A DNA stretch of 64,000 nt. It comes from Coriobacteriia bacterium. GTDB taxonomy: Bacteria > Actinomycetota > Coriobacteriia > Coriobacteriales > RUG033. The notes below the pieces were generated by a model. It was given only the letters and a program-made list of their open reading frames with translations, searched no databases and was not told the DNA's origin. The stretch is from assembly GCA_015655215.1 (NCBI GenBank), contig JAATFL010000013.1, positions 371 through 64,370 on the forward strand, given 5' to 3'. This document shows, one piece after another, positions 55,580 to 64,000 of this stretch; position 1 is the stretch's first letter, and each line of letters starts with the position of its first letter. The position numbers and the translations under genes are program-made.

Positions 55580-57262
55580 CTAGGACCGCACTTGACGGCG
55601 TAGCTTGGCCAGAGCGTGCTTGATGAAATCGGCTTCGGGAATCCCAAGCAGCAGCGCGGGAACGTAGGTGGCGAGTACGGCGACGGTACCGCAGACGAGC
55701 ACGTAGAGGAAGCTCTGTGCGAACCCGCCCGTGAGGGGGGCCGCGTAGCGTTCGATGATGACGAGGACCTCGAAGCCGGCAGCGGCCCCGAGCGTGGCGA
55801 GCCCGAGCGTGGTGAGGAGGTTCTTGACCAGGGGCAGTCTCTCGATATGTCCGAGGCGCCGAGAGAGAAGCGACGCCAGGACGATCACGGCGATGGCGTT
55901 GTAGACGAACGTCGCGATGGCGATGCCGGTGAGCCCGAGGCCGGGCCAGGAGCCGATGCCGTTTCCTAGTATCACGAAGAGGGCTACCTGCAGCAGGGTG
56001 TTGACTATGTCGATCCTGACGAAGGTGACCATGTCGTGGAGAGCGCTGTACACCTTGTTGAAGTAGGTGAGGAGCGCATAGAGGGGCAGGGAGGCCGCCA
56101 GCCACATGAGATAGGTGGCCACCTGGGTGACGTCGTCCGAGGTGAATGCGCCGGCGTGGTACATGTTCACCAAAGGTGTGGCGAAGACGATGAGATAGAG
56201 GGCACAGGGGGCCATGAAGAAGAATATCTGCCGCGCTCCCTGCACGAGGCCAGAGCGGAAGGCGGTCTTGTCCTTCTCGGCGAACCAGTTCGAGAACTCA
56301 GTGAACATGGCGGTGGTGATGGGCACGGCGAGGAACGCGTAGGGTAACGTGTACCACATGCGCGAGTAGGAGATGACCGAGGGTCCGGAGGCGCTGATGC
56401 CAAAGGCGATGGCCGTGTAGACGGAAACGGCCACTGCGCTGTCGATCATGGTCACGAGTGCGGGTAAGCCGAGGGAGAACGTCTCCTTGAACGCGGGGTC
56501 GTGAAAGTTGAAGCGCAGGTGGAGGTGGATGCCGTTCTTGCGCAACGCCGGTAGCTGCATCGCCATCTGGACGAACACGCCCAGGGAGGTACCCACCGCC
56601 AACCACGTGCGAGCGAGCCCCTCGTCATGCGGTGCGATGCTGATGAATCCCAGGAAGGTGATGATGACCACGATGTTGTTGAACACCGAGGCGAACGAGG
56701 CGATGAAGTAATCACGTGCGGCGTTGAGCAATCCCGAGAAGATGGTGCCGATGCCGTAGAAGAGAATCTGGATGGCGAAGAACCTGAAGAAATACACCGC
56801 AAGCGAGGATTCGCTCGTATCGCTCATGAAGGTCTGCGTCCAGATGATCTGGGGGGCCAGGACCGTACCGAGCAGCGCGACGACGAGGAGGGCGAGGAAG
56901 ACGAAGCCGAGCAGGTTCGATGCGTACTCGTCGGCTCTCCTCTGGCCCTCGCGCTTCTTGACGGAGACGTAGATGGGGAGAAACGCGGTGACGAGGACGC
57001 CTCCCATGGCGAGTTCATAGATCATGTTGGGGACGTTGTTGGCTATCTGATATGAAGATGAGAGCATCGTGTTGCCGAGGGCGTACGCCATGATCATGGT
57101 GCGCAGGAACCCGGTGACACGTGAGATGATGTTGGCCGCGCTCATAAGGACGGCAGACCGTCCCACGCTCTGATGGGGTTCGATCCGAAGCGGGTCATCC
57201 TGCCGGGGAGCCTGCCGATGACCCCTCGTCGGATGGGCGTTGTGCCGAGGCTGGTAGGTCAT
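55580..57262 (-). CDS. murJ: Lipid II flippase MurJ (MviN family)
   Basis: N-terminal AANIISRVTGFLRTMIMAYALG and about 14 TM helices, typical of MurJ. Confidence 0.85.
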   Translation of the reverse strand: MTYQPRHNAHPTRGHRQAPRQDDPLRIEPHQSVGRSAVLMSAANIISRVTGFLRTMIMAYALGNTMLSSSYQIANNVPNMIYELAMGGVLVTAFLPIYVSVKKREGQRRADEYASNLLGFVFLALLVVALLGTVLAPQIIWTQTFMSDTSESSLAVYFFRFFAIQILFYGIGTIFSGLLNAARDYFIASFASVFNNIVVIITFLGFISIAPHDEGLARTWLAVGTSLGVFVQMAMQLPALRKNGIHLHLRFNFHDPAFKETFSLGLPALVTMIDSAVAVSVYTAIAFGISASGPSVISYSRMWYTLPYAFLAVPITTAMFTEFSNWFAEKDKTAFRSGLVQGARQIFFFMAPCALYLIVFATPLVNMYHAGAFTSDDVTQVATYLMWLAASLPLYALLTYFNKVYSALHDMVTFVRIDIVNTLLQVALFVILGNGIGSWPGLGLTGIAIATFVYNAIAVIVLASLLSRRLGHIERLPLVKNLLTTLGLATLGAAAGFEVLVIIERYAAPLTGGFAQSFLYVLVCGTVAVLATYVPALLLGIPEADFIKHALAKLRRQVRS

Positions 57263-57683
57263 TCGCCCATCCCTTCACCGCTTCGTGGTCCGGTGTCCCA
57301 TCGCCGACGAATCCCTCTCCACATATACGTAGATACTGTAACCCATTCAACCCCGGTGACCGTGCGACGCGCGATGAATGACAAGCGGTCGGAGTGGTCA
57401 CGGGCAAACAGCTTCCACATGCTATCGCCCCAGCCGAAAGCAGTCAATCACCGCCCCTCTCCCAGATGCCCTTTGGACATGCGGCATCTTTGGAGGGGGT
57501 GACTCGTACGGACGGAGACGAACGGAGATGGACAGGGATAGAGAAAGGGTGTTTTCGGCGTAGGCCTTCCACCATGGTGCATCTGGGTTGAAACTGTTGG
57601 TACCCGCACGGAAGCGGACCTGCGCATCGGTAGCGTGCCGGCGTCGCAGACGAATGAAGTGGACGGTCGAGAGGAGAAACGTC

Positions 57684-58109
57684 ATGAGGATATCAGCTCG
57701 CAACCAACTCAAGGGGACCATAACCAACGTCAAAGAGGGTGCGGTCAACGGCGTAGTGACCATCGTCGTGGGTGATGACACCATCAAGGCCGACATCACC
57801 ATGGAGGCCATCACCGACCTTGGTCTCGCCGAGGGCGTAGAGGCCTATGCCATCATCAAGGCAAGCAACGTCATGTTCGCTATCGGATCGGAGCGCATAG
57901 CCGGCATCTCCGCTCGCAACCAGCTCGCTGGCACCGTATGCTGCGTGAAGCGTGGCGCCGTGAACGGCCACGTGGGCCTCAAGCTCGCGAGCGGCTCCAT
58001 CGTCAAGGGGTCGATCACCAACGAGGCCATCGATGACCTCGGCCTCGCCGAAGGCACGGCCGCTCTGGCCGTCGTCAAGTCGACCGATGTGATCGTGGGC
58101 GTCGAGTAG
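57684..58109 (+). CDS. Tandem Mop/TOBE molybdate-binding (molbindin) protein
   Basis: ATG 57684 follows gagaggagaaac. Two repeats start ISARNQLKGT and ISARNQLAGT. Confidence 0.85.
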   Translation: MRISARNQLKGTITNVKEGAVNGVVTIVVGDDTIKADITMEAITDLGLAEGVEAYAIIKASNVMFAIGSERIAGISARNQLAGTVCCVKRGAVNGHVGLKLASGSIVKGSITNEAIDDLGLAEGTAALAVVKSTDVIVGVE

Positions 58110-58158
58110 CACCCGTCCGAGTGCCATCGACCATGCCCTACGCCAGGGTCTGGTCGAT

Positions 58159-58204
58159 ACACAGGGAGTCACCGCCTGGAGGAATCCGCGGTGGCTCCCT
58201 GTGT
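58159..58204. terminator. 17-bp hairpin (one G-U) ACACAGGGAGTCACCGC-(12 nt)-GCGGTGGCTCCCTGTGT between convergent mop and modD
   Basis: Read directly. Confidence 0.45.
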
Positions 58205-58266
58205 TGGTTCGATCCCAGGGTCTCGCGCACTGGCGCGCATCGCCGTCCCACGAGCTGCACGATGCT

Positions 58267-59106
58267 CTACTGCATCCGCATGCGCACGCTCATGTCGAGT
58301 GGCTTCGCATGGAAGAGACAGGTGGTCACGATGCCGCTGACCCCGGCCCCGGCATAGTCGGTGATGTTCTTCTCGTCGATGCCCCCGGCGGCCAGGAAGG
58401 TGACATGCGGGTCGATGCGCTTGAGTGGGGGTATGAGCGCTTCGAGTTCGGCAGCGGGGACCTTGTCGAACTGAATGCCGTCGACTCCGGCGCGCACGAG
58501 CCTCTCGGCGTCTTCGACGCCTGACTCCACGATGATCTTCTTCTCGCAGGCCATCGCCCTCATCGCGGGAAGCTGATCGATGAGGGAATCCATCCCACCG
58601 AGGAACTCAAGGTGATGCCCAAAGACCAGGATGGTCTCCGAAAGGCCCAGACGATGGGGGAAGGCTCCCCCGGCCAGGATCGCCGGGATGATGAGGGGCT
58701 TGGTACCGGGGATCGACTTGCGGGTCGTGAGCACGCTCACGCCCCGGTCGACGCTGTGGGCGAGGGAGACAAGTCGATGCGCCTTGGTCGCGACCGCCGA
58801 GTAGTAGTCGAAGATGTTGAGGCACACCTTCCATGCAGTGTGAAGCTGTTCCGAGGTGCCGTGCGCGACGAGAAAGGTCTCGCCGGCCTTGAGCTCTCCG
58901 CCCTCATCGGCCATCGAGGAGATGGTGATCCCGAGCTTGCCCATGATCCCTCGTACCGCGTCCGTACATGCGAGCGTGCAGTCCTCGCGGGTAAAGTACT
59001 CGATCTCGCCCCGTTTCGTCCCGATGCCCAGCATCGTGGTCGTAAGGTCGGCATAGGGCACATCTTCAAGGATGAGCGAGTCAAGGTACGGGTCCGATAG
59101 GTACAT
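58267..59106 (-). CDS. modD: ModD protein (nicotinate-nucleotide pyrophosphorylase-like, molybdenum-transport associated)
   Basis: SD GAAAGGAACGAG. N-terminus LILEDVPYADLTT and TIM-barrel region TRKSIPGTKPL...GAFPHRLGLSE match ModD/QPRTase-like proteins as I recall them. Confidence 0.8.
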   Translation of the reverse strand: MYLSDPYLDSLILEDVPYADLTTTMLGIGTKRGEIEYFTREDCTLACTDAVRGIMGKLGITISSMADEGGELKAGETFLVAHGTSEQLHTAWKVCLNIFDYYSAVATKAHRLVSLAHSVDRGVSVLTTRKSIPGTKPLIIPAILAGGAFPHRLGLSETILVFGHHLEFLGGMDSLIDQLPAMRAMACEKKIIVESGVEDAERLVRAGVDGIQFDKVPAAELEALIPPLKRIDPHVTFLAAGGIDEKNITDYAGAGVSGIVTTCLFHAKPLDMSVRMRMQ

Positions 59107-59333
59107 CTCGTTCCTTTCGTGTCAGGGACGTGCGTGCACGATTCCGGAGTGATCCATCCTCGCAACAGGATACCGCAAGGCGATCTCGGTTCCAGGGGAA
59201 GCACCTGGGAGTTTCTTGATCGTTCGAAACCCCGTGTTGGTATACTGACCATGACGGACACGATGACGAACGTGGGGCGCTGGTAGGGAACCGCGCGTCG
59301 ACACCCATCTTCCACTCCCGAAAGGGGATCACC

Positions 59334-59894
59334 ATGAAGCGAACGTTTGACGAGGACCTGCAACGAGCGGTGGCATTCCACGGGCATCTGTGTGCGGGGC
59401 AGGTGTTGGGAACACGTGTCGCACGCATGGCCCTCGACCACTTCGGCATCGAGGATCCCGATGCCTATCGCGATCTGATCGCGATCGTCGAGACCGATCG
59501 CTGCATGGCGGACGCCGTGTGCGTGGTGTGCGGTTGCCGTCTTGGGCGACGGCGCCTCAAGTGGCGTGACCTGGGCAAGATGGCCGCAACGTTTTACGAT
59601 ATGGACTCGAAGGAGGCCATCCGCATCAGCATCGTCGGTCAGGAACATGCTCCCAATGGCGTTGACCCGGTGGAGTTCTACGGTCAGTTCAGCGACGATC
59701 GCTTCTTCAAGCTTCAGCATGTGAGGGTGAAGCTGACCGAGGAGGACCTCCCCTCGGCCGCCCATGCGAGCGTCACGTGCGAGGAATGTGGCGAGAAGGT
59801 CACCAACGGCCGCCATGTCGTGTCGGAGGGAAGAGTGCTCTGCAAGACCTGCGCCGGTCTTGACGACTACTACGAGGTGATCGACGAGGCGTAG
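59334..59894 (+). CDS. FmdE-family (formylmethanofuran dehydrogenase subunit E-like) protein with C-terminal zinc ribbon
   Basis: SD AAAGGGGA. Signature FHGHLCAG. ETDRCMADAV. C-terminal CEECGE...CKTC. Confidence 0.8.
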   Translation: MKRTFDEDLQRAVAFHGHLCAGQVLGTRVARMALDHFGIEDPDAYRDLIAIVETDRCMADAVCVVCGCRLGRRRLKWRDLGKMAATFYDMDSKEAIRISIVGQEHAPNGVDPVEFYGQFSDDRFFKLQHVRVKLTEEDLPSAAHASVTCEECGEKVTNGRHVVSEGRVLCKTCAGLDDYYEVIDEA

Positions 59895-59980
59895 AATCGT
59901 GGTGCCGACCGTCTGACTCGGCGACTGGCCCGGTGTGCGTCCAGCTGCTCAACGTGTGCGTCCTGAAAGGAACCGACCCC

Positions 59981-61639
59981 ATGGCGCAGCCCAATGAACG
60001 GTTCATCATCAACAGCATGACTCGGTTCATCTGGCGCTACCTCGCGCTCTGGGCGGGATGCCTTCTCCTCAACCTGGTCGCGCAGTATGTCGGGAAGATA
60101 TCGAACTGGGTTGATCTTGACGTCGTGCTCAACGTGTGCCGTGCCTTCATGACCCTCTCCACCATCACCATCTCATTGGCGATCCCCACCTGTCTCGCCA
60201 CGGTGTTCGATTCCTACAACCAGTACCGCTCCACCGTCATACGCTCCATCCTGGTGGAGAGGTTCCCCATCACGCTTCTCATCATCAGCGCCTTCACGTC
60301 TCTCGTGCTCGTGGTGTGCGGGTACACGTCCATCGCTACCGAGGTCTTCGGTCTCTCCCTGAGCACCGTGTTCGTCCTCGTCACCTATTGGGGTTGCATC
60401 TGCATCATCTACCTGTTCATGGCCCTCGAGCGTATGTTGCACTTCACCGTGAAGTCCCCGCATGCGGTCCTCGACCATCTGGAGCAGCGCGTGCTCACGT
60501 CCGACCTCACCTCCCCTGAGAATTACGAGGATTTCAAGCGCTCCCTCTCCTCGATGGGAAACATCGCGGCCGACATCGTGCGCAACACCGGTGGCAACGA
60601 TGACGTCGTCTTACGTTATCTCCGCTTTCTGCGCAGGGTCTACTCGCGCATCCCCGATGATGAGAGGCGTACCTGGATGGCGCGCTCGTACACCCTTGGT
60701 GAACTCGTGCGCATCTTCAGGGAGGCGGTGATCGCCCAAGACGAGAAGGTGGGGATGAACATCGTCGAGATCACCAGCGCCATGCTGTGCGACGTGGTCT
60801 ACGCGAGGGCTTCGGAGTCCGAGATCGATCGGGTGTGCGAGGTGTTCAGCCGTTTCATCGCCGAAGCGCTCTCGGGTTTCTCCGAGGAGATGCAACGTCT
60901 GGCTGTGAGCGGATACTGGTGGATGGCGGCCGCGGATCTCTCCCGAACCCGCGACACCACGGCCATCGAGACGGCGACGGTCCGGGATATCCCCGACTGT
61001 CGTGGGCTCGAGGGGACCACCTATGCCCTCTCGCACCTTAAGCGGATACTCTCGGGTGGGCTCCGTCGCGTTTCGGATGGCACGCATGACGAGCTACTCA
61101 TCGATTTCTTTCGCGAGGCGTCAGGTACCGCGATCCACCACATCGGGGTGACCGATATCGGAGACGAGTCCCGGGTGATGCTCGATCGCACCGTTCTCAC
61201 CTATTTGGACTGGCTCATCGAGCAGCGTCCGGACGACGCGATGCGCTATGCCCGGTCGCTTTCGATCTACTCGACCCGTTCGGAGAACACCAGGCGCAGC
61301 GTGATTCCGGATACGAGGGAGCGTGTCGACGCCCTGATCCTCCACGATTCGCTCAGACGGGGTCCGGACGATGCGAGGATCATGATAATCGACAGCCAGA
61401 CGGCCCGCATGATGTTGCTTCCCGTCAATGCGGACGAGTCCATGGCGCTCGCGTATGCGGTGCTCTTCGAACGTTCGGGCTATCCCCATGAGGGTATGGG
61501 AGAGGTCGCCGGCAATCTGGTGAAACGTGCCCAAGAGGCTCTTCGCAGCGGTGACTCCGCCAAGCGTGCGGTGGCGGTGGCGGCCATGGGAGGTTCCTCG
61601 AAGACGTTCGAGGTGCCGGGACACCAGGTCACCGGATGA
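59981..61639 (+). CDS. Hypothetical membrane protein (N-terminal 5-6 TM, large cytoplasmic C-terminal domain)
   Basis: ATG 59981 follows gaaaggaacc. Hydrophobic N-terminal third. No recognisable motif in the soluble part. Confidence 0.7.
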   Translation: MAQPNERFIINSMTRFIWRYLALWAGCLLLNLVAQYVGKISNWVDLDVVLNVCRAFMTLSTITISLAIPTCLATVFDSYNQYRSTVIRSILVERFPITLLIISAFTSLVLVVCGYTSIATEVFGLSLSTVFVLVTYWGCICIIYLFMALERMLHFTVKSPHAVLDHLEQRVLTSDLTSPENYEDFKRSLSSMGNIAADIVRNTGGNDDVVLRYLRFLRRVYSRIPDDERRTWMARSYTLGELVRIFREAVIAQDEKVGMNIVEITSAMLCDVVYARASESEIDRVCEVFSRFIAEALSGFSEEMQRLAVSGYWWMAAADLSRTRDTTAIETATVRDIPDCRGLEGTTYALSHLKRILSGGLRRVSDGTHDELLIDFFREASGTAIHHIGVTDIGDESRVMLDRTVLTYLDWLIEQRPDDAMRYARSLSIYSTRSENTRRSVIPDTRERVDALILHDSLRRGPDDARIMIIDSQTARMMLLPVNADESMALAYAVLFERSGYPHEGMGEVAGNLVKRAQEALRSGDSAKRAVAVAAMGGSSKTFEVPGHQVTG

Positions 61640-61654
61640 TACGACGCGGGTCAC

Positions 61655-62617
61655 TCAGCCGCGCAGCGTGGGGAAGTGCATCGTGGGGGATGGCAGGCCC
61701 AGGCTGGTGCAGGCGTCGATGAAGTCATCGGGTGGCGGTGCGTCGAACACGAGGCGCTTGCCGGCGAAGGGGTGCGCAAGCTCCAGATGCGCCGAGTGCA
61801 GAGCCGGTCTGCCGATGAGCGCACTCGGGATGCCATAGAGCGCATCACCGAGCAACGGATGCCCCCTGTGCGCGAGGTGGATGCGGATCTGATGCGTCCG
61901 GCCGGTTTCGAGTCGCACGTGGAGCAAGCTCGCCTTCCGTCGGCTCGTGGTGGCGAGCAGCCGATAGTGCGTGCGTGCGGACTTGCCGCCCTCGTCGACC
62001 ATCCAGGCGGACAGTTTGTCGGGGTCGCGCCCGATGGGAGCATCGATGCACCCATCGGGCTTTTCGGGAACCCCCAGACACAGGCAGAGGTAGGTACGCA
62101 GGAATTCCCGTGAATGCATCGCATGGCCCAACCTGTCCTGCGCGGCGGCATGTTTGGCGATGACGACAAGTCCCGAGGTCCCCGCATCAAGGCGATGTGC
62201 CGGATGGAAGTTGGTGCAGTGCTGTTCGGTCGCGTCATAATGACCGATGACCGCGTTGGCGAGCGTGTCGTCATGGTGCCCGGGACCGGGGTACATCGCG
62301 ATGCCGGCGGGTTTGTCGATGACGAGAAGGTCATCGTCCTCGAAGACGATCGTCAGGCGATCGATGAGGTCTGGGGACCCGGGAACGATGTCATGCGAGC
62401 GAGCGCCGTCCCCCACCGTGATCGCGAGAAGCTGGCCCGCGTGTGCGATGGCATCGGCGTGCACCGGTGCACCATCGAGGCGGATGCCGTTCTCGATCCA
62501 CTTGGCATGGCGGATCACATGGTCGGCAATCCTAAAGCGACGTTTCAGGATACGGTTTGCCGCAAGCCCATCGTCCTCGGCCTGTGCGCGGTACTCCAAT
62601 GTCCTCGGGTTTCCCAT
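61655..62617 (-). CDS. RluA-family pseudouridine synthase
   Basis: ORF trimmed to MGNPRTLEY (ATG 62617). S4-like N-terminus. Catalytic HRLDAGTSGLVV. THQIRIHL. Confidence 0.85.
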   Translation of the reverse strand: MGNPRTLEYRAQAEDDGLAANRILKRRFRIADHVIRHAKWIENGIRLDGAPVHADAIAHAGQLLAITVGDGARSHDIVPGSPDLIDRLTIVFEDDDLLVIDKPAGIAMYPGPGHHDDTLANAVIGHYDATEQHCTNFHPAHRLDAGTSGLVVIAKHAAAQDRLGHAMHSREFLRTYLCLCLGVPEKPDGCIDAPIGRDPDKLSAWMVDEGGKSARTHYRLLATTSRRKASLLHVRLETGRTHQIRIHLAHRGHPLLGDALYGIPSALIGRPALHSAHLELAHPFAGKRLVFDAPPPDDFIDACTSLGLPSPTMHFPTLRG

Positions 62618-62726
62618 ATCGAGCAGTATAGCGTGTGTGGGAGAGGGCGGCATGCATGGTCTTCCCCTACAAGGTGTAAGATGGAAAGCCATATGGAAGC
62701 GGATGGGAGGCGGGGGCCTGCGAACT

Positions 62727-63365
62727 ATGGATAATCTGATCTGCCAGGAGGTCGTCTCCGCATACCGCGAGCTGGATGCCAGCGGTCGTCTCCGCCTCAT
62801 GGGAACCTTTTGCGCTCATGGGGATTGCTCGGTGCTGCGCCATAGCCTCGGGGTGGCGTACGTGGGTCTGTATCGTTGCGATGAACGGCACCTCGCATGC
62901 GATCGACGCTCCCTCCTGGTGGCCGCACTGCTCCACGACTATTATCTCTACGACTGGCATGAGGATGATCGAAGCCATCGCCTGCACGGGTTTCGTCATC
63001 CCGGTTGCGCGCTTCGCAACGCCCGTGAGGATTTCTCCCTCGACGATCGTGAAATCGACGCCATCGCCCATCACATGTTTCCGCTCACCCCTCAGCCCCC
63101 ACGCTATGTGGAGGGTCGCGTCCTCTGCATGGCCGACAAGTACTGCGCCATCTACGAGATGTCCTATGCGCAACCGTACGAGGAGCTGTATCGCATGGTG
63201 TGCGAGGAGACGTGCGCGTCGGTCGACGAAAGGGAGGCCGGCATGGCATCGACGGACACCCATGCCGCGCCATGGCGCAGGAGGCGTGGGACGCTGCCGG
63301 GAACGCGTGCCTCGGTGATCGCGTTCCTTCTCCGGCACACCCTCTCGACCGAAAGGGCGATATGA
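62727..63365 (+). CDS. HD-domain phosphohydrolase
   Basis: ATG 62727. H...HD motif (LRHSLGVAY...AALLHDYYLYDWH) and a later HHMFPL. Confidence 0.75.
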   Translation: MDNLICQEVVSAYRELDASGRLRLMGTFCAHGDCSVLRHSLGVAYVGLYRCDERHLACDRRSLLVAALLHDYYLYDWHEDDRSHRLHGFRHPGCALRNAREDFSLDDREIDAIAHHMFPLTPQPPRYVEGRVLCMADKYCAIYEMSYAQPYEELYRMVCEETCASVDEREAGMASTDTHAAPWRRRRGTLPGTRASVIAFLLRHTLSTERAI

Positions 63366-64000
63366 GTCCGGTGACCGTCGTCAACCTGACGTTCTTCATC
63401 TACTGCTTCTTCGGCTGGGTTTACGAGAGCACCGTCGTCTCGATCCTCGAGCGGCGCCTCGTGAACCGGGGCTTCATACACGGGCCGTTCCTACCGATCT
63501 ATGGCGTGGGGGCCTTGCTGTGCATCGGCTCGGGCATGTTGGCGGGCGGCAACCCGATACTGACGTTTGTCTACGCGGTGCTCGTGTGCACCATCGTGGA
63601 GTTGGGCACGGGGGTCACCATGGAGCGGCTCTTCAAGGTGCGCTACTGGGACTACACCAACGTGCCGGGAAACATCCGCGGGTACATCTGTCCACCGGTA
63701 TCGCTGCTGTGGGGCGTGATCGCACTGGCGGTGACCTTCTTCGTGCAAGCACGGGTATACTCGTTCGTGCTGCTCATCCCACCGTTTTACGCGGAGGCCC
63801 TCAGCTATGCGATCTCCATCGCCTTCGCGGTCGACTTCGCCCTGTCATGGGCCGAGGCCATCGACCTCCGCAACATCCTCGAGGAGTTCGCGGAGAATAA
63901 CCGGAAGATCCAAGAGCTCCGCCAGCGTGTGGATGAGGTGCAGGACGCTCTGGCCGCCAACGTGGATGGTGCTCGCGAAAAGGTGGGCAACCTGCGCAGC
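63362..64000 (+). CDS. Membrane protein of the putative ABC-transporter type IV / DUF1113 family (3' end beyond the window)
   Basis: Not in the ORF track because no stop is reached. ATGA overlap with the HD gene. My own translation MSPVTVVNLTFFIYCFFGWVYESTVVSILERRLVNRGFIHGPFLPIYGVGA is family-typical. Open to the window end. Confidence 0.75.
   Translation, partial: MSPVTVVNLTFFIYCFFGWVYESTVVSILERRLVNRGFIHGPFLPIYGVGALLCIGSGMLAGGNPILTFVYAVLVCTIVELGTGVTMERLFKVRYWDYTNVPGNIRGYICPPVSLLWGVIALAVTFFVQARVYSFVLLIPPFYAEALSYAISIAFAVDFALSWAEAIDLRNILEEFAENNRKIQELRQRVDEVQDALAANVDGAREKVGNLRS

Noticed and set aside
58203-58225. GGTTCGATCCC, a tRNA T-loop-like string.
   Set aside because: The flanking bases cannot form a T-stem (GTTGG versus CCAGG). 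No D-arm, anticodon arm or acceptor stem can be drawn. The upstream sequence is the 17-bp terminator hairpin.
59107-59333. Moco (molybdenum cofactor) riboswitch upstream of the FmdE-like gene. The 57263-57683 spacer upstream of mop was also considered.
   Set aside because: Only a vague resemblance (CUCCCGAAAGGGG near the SD) to the 3' part of the motif as I remember it. I could not find the conserved 5' core. A plausible promoter at 59216-59246 would leave only an about 80-nt leader. It needs cmsearch and is not reported as a feature.
58737-59816. 359-aa minus-strand ORF spanning modD, the intergenic spacer and the FmdE-like gene.
   Set aside because: It crosses a divergent promoter region, overlaps two genes with clear family signatures, and has no motifs.

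Overview
This is a high-GC, tightly packed chromosomal segment with about 52 protein-coding genes. I found no rRNA, tRNA, CRISPR array, transposase or integrase. The gene content, many Tat-exported flavin and molybdopterin reductases each next to a polytopic-membrane LuxR-type regulator, matches what is known from Eggerthellaceae/Coriobacteriia gut anaerobes; that taxonomic call is inference only.

Layout:
(i) 0.2-10 kb holds one FAD reductase, a YdjI-like SPFH + TM2 zinc-ribbon pair, DUF1697/HhH genes, TetR + a membrane Fe-S protein, a Kv-type K+ channel and an Fe-S aldo/keto reductase.
(ii) 10.3-14.2 kb is sbcCD.
(iii) 14.4-50.7 kb is a reductase island. It has five more paralogous Tat+lipobox FAD reductases, five membrane LuxR sensors (one frameshifted), a LuxR HTH remnant, one LysR regulator and a hexahaem lipoprotein cytochrome c. 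It also carries a Mo-oxidoreductase operon: catalytic subunit, 4Fe-4S subunit, DmsC-like anchor, TorD-like chaperone and a NapG/NapH-like pair.
(iv) 50.8-64 kb holds envelope and housekeeping genes (M20 dipeptidase, murJ, polysaccharide deacetylase, RluA, HD hydrolase) and a molybdate-handling trio (di-Mop, modD, FmdE-like).

The most unusual element is a five-gene operon at 23.3-28.3 kb. It combines two 2-hydroxyacyl-CoA-dehydratase/benzoyl-CoA-reductase-family subunits, an HgdC-type ATP-dependent activase, a truncated acetyl-CoA-synthase (CdhC)-like Cys-rich protein and a CooC/AcsF-type metallocentre ATPase. I cannot map this combination to a described pathway.

Other notable points:
- An amber codon sits exactly at a conserved Glu between a polyferredoxin-like ORF and a LuxR HTH.
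- A frameshifted LuxR sensor lies divergent to the Mo operon.
- Phased direct repeats and a long palindrome occur in two LuxR/reductase promoter regions.

All functional calls rest on motifs read by eye and recalled family knowledge. No database search was run.
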